IMG/VR virus record: IMGVR_UViG_2671180828_000003
Origin: a virus
Lineage: Duplodnaviria > Heunggongvirae > Uroviricota > Caudoviricetes
DNA: 11,747 nt
Strand: one strand, 5' to 3'
Shown: positions 7,466 to 11,747 of the stretch, one piece after another
Layout of the letters: each line of letters begins with the position of its first letter
How positions within the stretch are numbered: the first letter of the stretch is position 1
The notes under the pieces: model-generated
What the model saw: the letters and a program-made list of their open reading frames with translations, nothing else
Told to the model about the DNA's origin: nothing
The model's database searches: none
Translations under genes and position numbers: made by a program

Positions 7466-8062
7466 TTATTCAGGTCTTTCCGGCCACTCAATATACGGCG
7501 CAGCAGAGGTGTCGATCACGTTCAGCGACTGAATGTATTTCATCCACGCAATCAGGCTGGCCTTGTCATCGTCGCTGATGATGCCGAGCTGCAGCTCAGT
7601 CTGCCACAGGCTGATAGTGCTTTGTGCCTTATTCAGCAGCGCGGATTTTTTCTGTTCTGCCTCCTTAACCTGACCGTTTTTCTGCGCGTCCTTATCCGTG
7701 ACCCATTCGCTACCGTTCCAGCGGTCACAGGGGGTAGACGGTGCAAACGTAGTTACACCGGGGGCATAGTCACCGGGTGCGGTAATGTTGACCGGCTGAC
7801 CGGTTTCCGTGTCATAAACCGTCTCACCGCGATGGTCTGCGACATACTCCCACCCGTCAAGACTGGCCGCTCGGCACACCGCGAAACCCTCCTTTTTTTC
7901 GACCGGTGCATCGGTGCAGGAATTAGCAGGAATCCCCACGCCCAGCGCCAGAAACTCGACAGAGGACGTCAGATATTCGCGGGTTTCACCGTCATAGTTA
8001 TAAACCGTCATATCACCGGCTTTTGTGGTAATGCCCTGTTTGTTAAGTGTCGCTTTTGCCAT
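7466..8062 (-). CDS. G: Tail fiber assembly protein (Tfa chaperone)
   Basis: 198-aa ORF immediately downstream of the tail fiber gene (TAATG stop/start overlap). The C-terminal region ...LWQTELQLGIISDDDKASLIAWMKYIQSLNVIDTSAAPYIEWPERP looks like the conserved tail fiber assembly domain. Confidence 0.85.
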   Translation of the reverse strand: MAKATLNKQGITTKAGDMTVYNYDGETREYLTSSVEFLALGVGIPANSCTDAPVEKKEGFAVCRAASLDGWEYVADHRGETVYDTETGQPVNITAPGDYAPGVTTFAPSTPCDRWNGSEWVTDKDAQKNGQVKEAEQKKSALLNKAQSTISLWQTELQLGIISDDDKASLIAWMKYIQSLNVIDTSAAPYIEWPERPE

Positions 8063-9048
8063 TATGCCGCCCTCACGATGTAGTTAAATGCAATGTTGCG
8101 TGGGCGAGCGCCGAATGATGACCGTTGACCACCAATTGAAGAAATCAGCCCTGCGGTATTTACATGTGACCATGACGGGCTGTTGTCGACAACGCTGTCG
8201 AAATCACTCAATGGGATATATGCGGTCCCATCTGAATGACCACCGAGGAACATCCCAACTCCAGAGCCGACCTGAGCGGATAATAGCGCTCGTCCATTGT
8301 CTATCCCGCGCCCGTCATCCCACCCTCGCAAAAACTCACCGCGCAAGTCAGGCAATTTACCGGATGGATAAGCGACAGCCAGCTTTGGATATTTCACCTT
8401 GTCAAAAACCGCGCCGTTGCATTTAAGCCAGCCCTCCGGCGGTGTTGCCTGCGGCCACGGCAGCGGAAAACCGACCGGAATGTATTTATCAATATCCGCC
8501 GTTTTGAGGTATTGCGTGTGCGGGTCTGCAGCGGCGAGGTGTGCGGCCAGCAGATTATCGGCATAGGCTTTCACCTCGATAACCTTATCCTCGACATACT
8601 GCCGCGTTGCCAGCACCACCGACGGGTCGATTTTCAGGGTAACGGCCGACGTGCTCGACACAATCAGAATCATGCGAATGGTCTGCGTGCGGCCGCTTCC
8701 CTCCTGCAGTTGCGGTTTGTAGGTCTCCGGGCAGTTTGCCACGGCAATCAGAATCCCCTCATCATCGTAGAGACCAATCTCTCGGATCCAGAAACCGCCC
8801 TCATTCTCGGGAATAATTTGTTCCGCGATAATCTGGCTGGTATTGGCCGGATCAACGTTCAGCAGGTTCAGCGGCGCGATGCGCTTCTGGTTAATGAGCT
8901 TCGTCTGCGCCGGGTCAGGTGTAGGCAGCGTACCATTCGCATCACCGACGGCCATCTGCGTCAGGTTTAGTCTGGTACCGAGTGCCGCCGCGTTCGCCAG
9001 CCGCGCCGCGCCCTGATTGGTCAGAATGGCTAAATATTTTGCGGTCAT
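8062..9048 (-). CDS. H: Tail fiber protein (P2 H-like N-terminal domain, tail-collar-type C-terminal domain)
   Basis: 328 aa. The N-terminus (MTAKYLAILTNQGAARL...QMAVGDANG...GGFWIREIGLYDDEGILIAVAN...EGSGRTQTIRMILIVSS) resembles the recalled baseplate-attachment region of P2 gpH. The C-terminus (GWLKCNGAVFDKVKYPKLAVAYPSGKLPDLRGEFLRGWDDGRG) fits the phage tail collar motif. Confidence 0.85.
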   Translation of the reverse strand: MTAKYLAILTNQGAARLANAAALGTRLNLTQMAVGDANGTLPTPDPAQTKLINQKRIAPLNLLNVDPANTSQIIAEQIIPENEGGFWIREIGLYDDEGILIAVANCPETYKPQLQEGSGRTQTIRMILIVSSTSAVTLKIDPSVVLATRQYVEDKVIEVKAYADNLLAAHLAAADPHTQYLKTADIDKYIPVGFPLPWPQATPPEGWLKCNGAVFDKVKYPKLAVAYPSGKLPDLRGEFLRGWDDGRGIDNGRALLSAQVGSGVGMFLGGHSDGTAYIPLSDFDSVVDNSPSWSHVNTAGLISSIGGQRSSFGARPRNIAFNYIVRAA

Positions 9049-9653
9049 GCGTTCACTCTCAGGTTATCAATCAAATGGATGGCCGAGGCCGGGTAATATT
9101 CACCGCCGACGACAATTTCCTCGGGGGTGTAGGGGTAAACGGTGAGCGCGTCGCCGTCGTAGCATCCCGCGCCGACATACAGCTCGCCGGTGGCACTCAG
9201 GCTGATAGCCAGCCCGGTGAGGTGGCGGCTTGCCGGTTTGGCGTCATCAATCAGGCGCTCGAGCTCCTGATACATTTCATCAGTGATGCCGCTGTCGAGC
9301 ACGCCGACAACGAGGCGGAAAGTGCCTGGCGCCTCGTTGAGCTGCCACCACTCGCGCACCTCAATCAGAAAGCCGAGCGGCTCAACCACCCGACGCAATG
9401 CGCTGATGGTGCCTTTGTGCTGATGGACGAAAAACGAAGATGCGCAGACGCTGCGCTTTGTCGCCTCCGGCCACTTCTCATCCCACCGGTCGACCGACAG
9501 CGCCCACGCCAGATACGGCAGCAGGTTTACCGGGCAGGTGCGCCAGTTCCACAGAGTGCGGAGCGTTACCGGCACGCGCTGAATCTCAGAGAGCGCGGCA
9601 GCGGCGGCAACCTCCAGCGGCGACGAGCCAACGGGTAACAGCCGGTCACTCAT
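9045..9653 (-). CDS. I: Baseplate protein I (tail fiber attachment)
   Basis: 202-aa product MSDRLLPVGSSPLEVAAAAALSEIQRVPVTLRTLWNWRTCPVNLLPYLAWALSVDRWDEKWPEATKR..., strongly resembling recalled P2 gpI; overlaps the J stop and the H start. Confidence 0.85.
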   Translation of the reverse strand: MSDRLLPVGSSPLEVAAAAALSEIQRVPVTLRTLWNWRTCPVNLLPYLAWALSVDRWDEKWPEATKRSVCASSFFVHQHKGTISALRRVVEPLGFLIEVREWWQLNEAPGTFRLVVGVLDSGITDEMYQELERLIDDAKPASRHLTGLAISLSATGELYVGAGCYDGDALTVYPYTPEEIVVGGEYYPASAIHLIDNLRVNA

Positions 9654-10554
9654 CCGAGCCCCCGATAGTTATCTGGTACTCGGTACAGTTCGACGCCTGC
9701 GACTTGCTCAGCACAATATCGGCCTGTGGTGATGCCAGCTCGACACGCTGTACCCCCTCAACATGCAGCACCGCGTAAATGGCTGACAGCCGGATATCAC
9801 GCCCGAGGCGGTGCTGCGCGCTGATATAACTCTGCAGCTTCTGCTCTGAGGCCTGCCTGATGGGTTCAGATTCGGGACCGGGGTAAACGTATATCGTCGC
9901 GTCAATCTGGTACGGCACAATTTCGGCTGACTGGACGGTCACCCGGTCAGCCAACGGGCGCACATCTTCGGCGTTCAGTGCTTTTTCAACGATTGCCAGT
10001 AACTCAGGGCTCGCGGTGCCGTCACCCTCACGGGATAACACGGAAATCGTCACGCAGGCGGGCGACGGGCTTTCGACAGAGACGTCGGCGACCCGTCCGT
10101 CAGCGCTTCGACCGTGATACTCATAAGCGCCAACCGGACCCGCCACACTTAATCCTTCAAAAGCTTGTTGTGTGCGCAGTCGCAGGTCAGCATCTGATTC
10201 CATAACGGCAGGCGTTGGCGGTATGGTGGTGTCATCAGCAGGGGTAATGGTCAGGCGTCCGGTATTATTGTTCCCGGCCACAACGTCAAGGTCGCGACCG
10301 GTTGAATAGGCCAGCGTTACCGCCTGCGCGGCTTCGTTCACACGCTGACGCCAGATAACTTCACGATAGGCGTTTTCCTGTAACAGCTTAACAATCGGCT
10401 CTGATTCAAGTGTGAGCGTCCGGGCAATGGCCTCCTGCTGGTCTTCAGGATAGAGTGAAATTAGCGTCGCAATGCGTTCGGCAAGAATGGTTTCAAAGTC
10501 CAGTTCTTCCACCACATCGGGAACGGGTAACTGATTCAGGTCAACGGTTGCCAT
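9646..10554 (-). CDS. J: Baseplate assembly protein J
   Basis: 302-aa ORF in the canonical position between W and I; length is consistent with P2 gpJ. Confidence 0.85.
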   Translation of the reverse strand: MATVDLNQLPVPDVVEELDFETILAERIATLISLYPEDQQEAIARTLTLESEPIVKLLQENAYREVIWRQRVNEAAQAVTLAYSTGRDLDVVAGNNNTGRLTITPADDTTIPPTPAVMESDADLRLRTQQAFEGLSVAGPVGAYEYHGRSADGRVADVSVESPSPACVTISVLSREGDGTASPELLAIVEKALNAEDVRPLADRVTVQSAEIVPYQIDATIYVYPGPESEPIRQASEQKLQSYISAQHRLGRDIRLSAIYAVLHVEGVQRVELASPQADIVLSKSQASNCTEYQITIGGSDE

Positions 10555-10560
10555 AGTGAT

Positions 10561-10911
10561 TTAACTCAGTGGAATGGTGATGGAAAATGGCTGGCCGCCG
10601 GTCGAGCGGGTGCCGGTGATGTCGACATACAGCCCGCCGTCGGTCTCCGACCGTTCAAAGGTAATGGTCGAGAGGTCTACGCGTGGCTCCCACTTCTGGA
10701 TCGCGGAATAGCACGCGGCCATAATCTGCAGGCGCAGCGCCGGGGTCTGCGGCTGGTCAATCATCTGCGACAGGAGCGAGCCGTATTCACGGCGCATGAC
10801 ACGCGACCCAACCGGCGTGACCAGAATGTCGCGCACGCTTTGCCGGATGTGCTCAACCTCAGAGATACTGAGGCCGGTCCGGCTGTTCATTCCCAGATAA
10901 CGCACCGTCAT
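10561..10911 (-). CDS. W: Baseplate protein W (gp25-like)
   Basis: 116-aa product MTVRYLGMNSRTGLSISEVEHIRQSVRDILVTPVGSRVMRREYGSLLSQMIDQPQTPALRLQI..., closely resembling recalled P2 gpW (115 aa); its ATG overlaps the V stop. Confidence 0.85.
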   Translation of the reverse strand: MTVRYLGMNSRTGLSISEVEHIRQSVRDILVTPVGSRVMRREYGSLLSQMIDQPQTPALRLQIMAACYSAIQKWEPRVDLSTITFERSETDGGLYVDITGTRSTGGQPFSITIPLS

Positions 10912-11549
10912 TGCGTCCCCTTTGTCCAGCTTCCGCCGCTCTGTACGTTGCCGTGCGCGTGGTTATCCACCTGCACGCCGTTTGATTTCAGTATCCCGCC
11001 GGTGTGCTCGATGCTCCCACTCATCTTCCCGCCTTTCAGCACTTCGAGCGTGCCGGTCGTAAGCTTGTTGGTGCAAACCACCTCCGGCGTATCGAGCGTG
11101 ATACGACTCGACGCTTTCACCAGCACCACCGGTACGGTGGCCGTAATGGAATCCGACGCGGTGACGTCAGCGGTTTTGATACCTGACACGGTGAGCGCGC
11201 CGTTTTCGGGCTCATACTCGATAACCGCCCCGTCAGGAAAGGACATGTGAAACGCATCAGGGGAGGCTGACGGCGCGGGATTGTCGTCAGAGAAAATGCC
11301 GGGCAGCACAAAGGCCGTATCGAGCTCGCCGCCGACAGCAAGTACAAGCACCTGCTCGCCGACGGACGGAGCCCACCATACGCGCGAGCGACCGGCGCGA
11401 CAGGCCAGCCAGTTCAGCCAGGTGGTTTGCATGCCGCCGGTCTGGACACGACACAGCCCCTCGTCGTGGTCGACGTCGGTCACGATGCCGGTGCGGATAA
11501 GGTTGCGGATCGCGCGTGCGATTTCCTGCAGAGAATTTAGATTATTCAT
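10908..11549 (-). CDS. V: Baseplate spike / hub protein V
   Basis: 213 aa from the ATG at 11549 (MNNLNSLQEIARAIRNLIRTGIVTDVDHDEGLCRVQTGGMQTTWLNWLACRAGRSRVWWAPSVGEQVLVLAVGGELDTAFVLPGI...), matching recalled P2 gpV (211 aa). The track ORF's 40-codon upstream extension is rejected. No obvious Shine-Dalgarno before this ATG. Confidence 0.85.
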   Translation of the reverse strand: MNNLNSLQEIARAIRNLIRTGIVTDVDHDEGLCRVQTGGMQTTWLNWLACRAGRSRVWWAPSVGEQVLVLAVGGELDTAFVLPGIFSDDNPAPSASPDAFHMSFPDGAVIEYEPENGALTVSGIKTADVTASDSITATVPVVLVKASSRITLDTPEVVCTNKLTTGTLEVLKGGKMSGSIEHTGGILKSNGVQVDNHAHGNVQSGGSWTKGTQ

Positions 11550-11632
11550 GGGGAAAGGATGCCGCTTGGTAAATTCATCGGCAATCGAGCGAAGTTTTGT
11601 CAGGAATGGAACAACAGGCAAGGAATTGAGAT

Positions 11633-11659
11633 TATTAGAAAGGCGGACGAACCCGCCTT
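11633..11659 (-). terminator. Candidate rho-independent terminator upstream of V
   Basis: Minus strand reads AAGGCGG-GTTCGT-CCGCCTT followed by TCTAATAAT: a 7-bp GC stem and 6-nt loop with a moderate T-rich tail, about 10 nt after the TAA at 11670-11672. Confidence 0.5.
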
Positions 11660-11669
11660 CCTGAATCAA

Positions 11670-11747
11670 TTAAAAACTATTAATAACTTCATTTTTCTTC
11701 AAAGAGGAATATATTCTATTTACACACCACAACAACAAGGAAACCAT
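11670..11747 (-). CDS. Possible 3' end of an AT-rich minus-strand ORF running off the window edge (or a 25-aa micro-ORF); unknown product
   Basis: Only one minus-strand frame is open from the window edge to TAA at 11672..11670 (...MVSLLLWCVNRIYSSLKKNEVINSF*). Codons are AT-rich, unlike the phage genes. Too short to judge coding status. Confidence 0.2.
   Translation of the reverse strand: MVSLLLWCVNRIYSSLKKNEVINSF

Larger units (their letters stand above)
716..11747. mobile_element. P2-like prophage late region (tail and baseplate morphogenesis module plus ogr); boundaries not determinable from this window
   Basis: Thirteen consecutive minus-strand genes in the P2 order V-W-J-I-H-G-FI-FII-E/E'-T-U-D-ogr, with start/stop overlaps typical of phage operons; uniformly GC-rich, unlike both window ends. 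Confidence 0.9.

Noticed and set aside
5639-11664. Numerous opposite-strand or alternative-frame ORFs of 60-218 aa overlapping FII, FI, G, H, I, J, W and V (for example 6662-6973+, 8982-9638+, 9440-9778+, 11281-11664+)
   Set aside because: All are nested within or antisense to genes with strong P2 homology signals; Arg/Ala/Pro-rich compositions are characteristic of out-of-frame GC-rich sequence. No independent evidence for expression.
11550-11669. N-terminal extension of the V ORF back to 11669
   Set aside because: The conserved gpV N-terminus begins at the ATG at 11549; the extension has no counterpart in P2 gpV as I recall it and would run over the terminator hairpin.
1-11747. CRISPR arrays, rRNA, tRNA, insertion sequences
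   Set aside because: No regularly spaced direct repeats, no transposase-like ORF and no terminal inverted repeats bracketing a segment. Inspection of the AT-rich flank for a tRNA 3' end (GTTCGAATCC-type T-loop followed by an acceptor stem and CCA) found only weak partial matches near 270-285, insufficient to call a tRNA.

Overview
The window is dominated by the tail/late-gene module of a P2-like (Peduovirus-type) prophage, all on the minus strand: V-W-J-I-H-G, then a terminator, then FI-FII-E(E')-T-U-D-ogr. Calls rest on synteny, protein lengths and recalled similarity to phage P2 proteins; no database search was run. This block is GC-rich (one sampled 60-nt stretch is about 60% GC). Position 1-715, beyond ogr, is AT-rich (one sampled stretch about 28% GC) and largely non-coding; it probably holds the prophage end or att region and carries a candidate small plus-strand transcription unit. 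Position 11550-11747, upstream of V, is also AT-rich and has a hairpin terminator and an open frame running off the window edge. I found no CRISPR array, no rRNA and no confidently identifiable tRNA. I do not see a convincing novel multi-gene system: the core is an ordinary, well-conserved phage tail cluster, and the only unexplained sequence is at the two window edges and in the short regulatory gaps.
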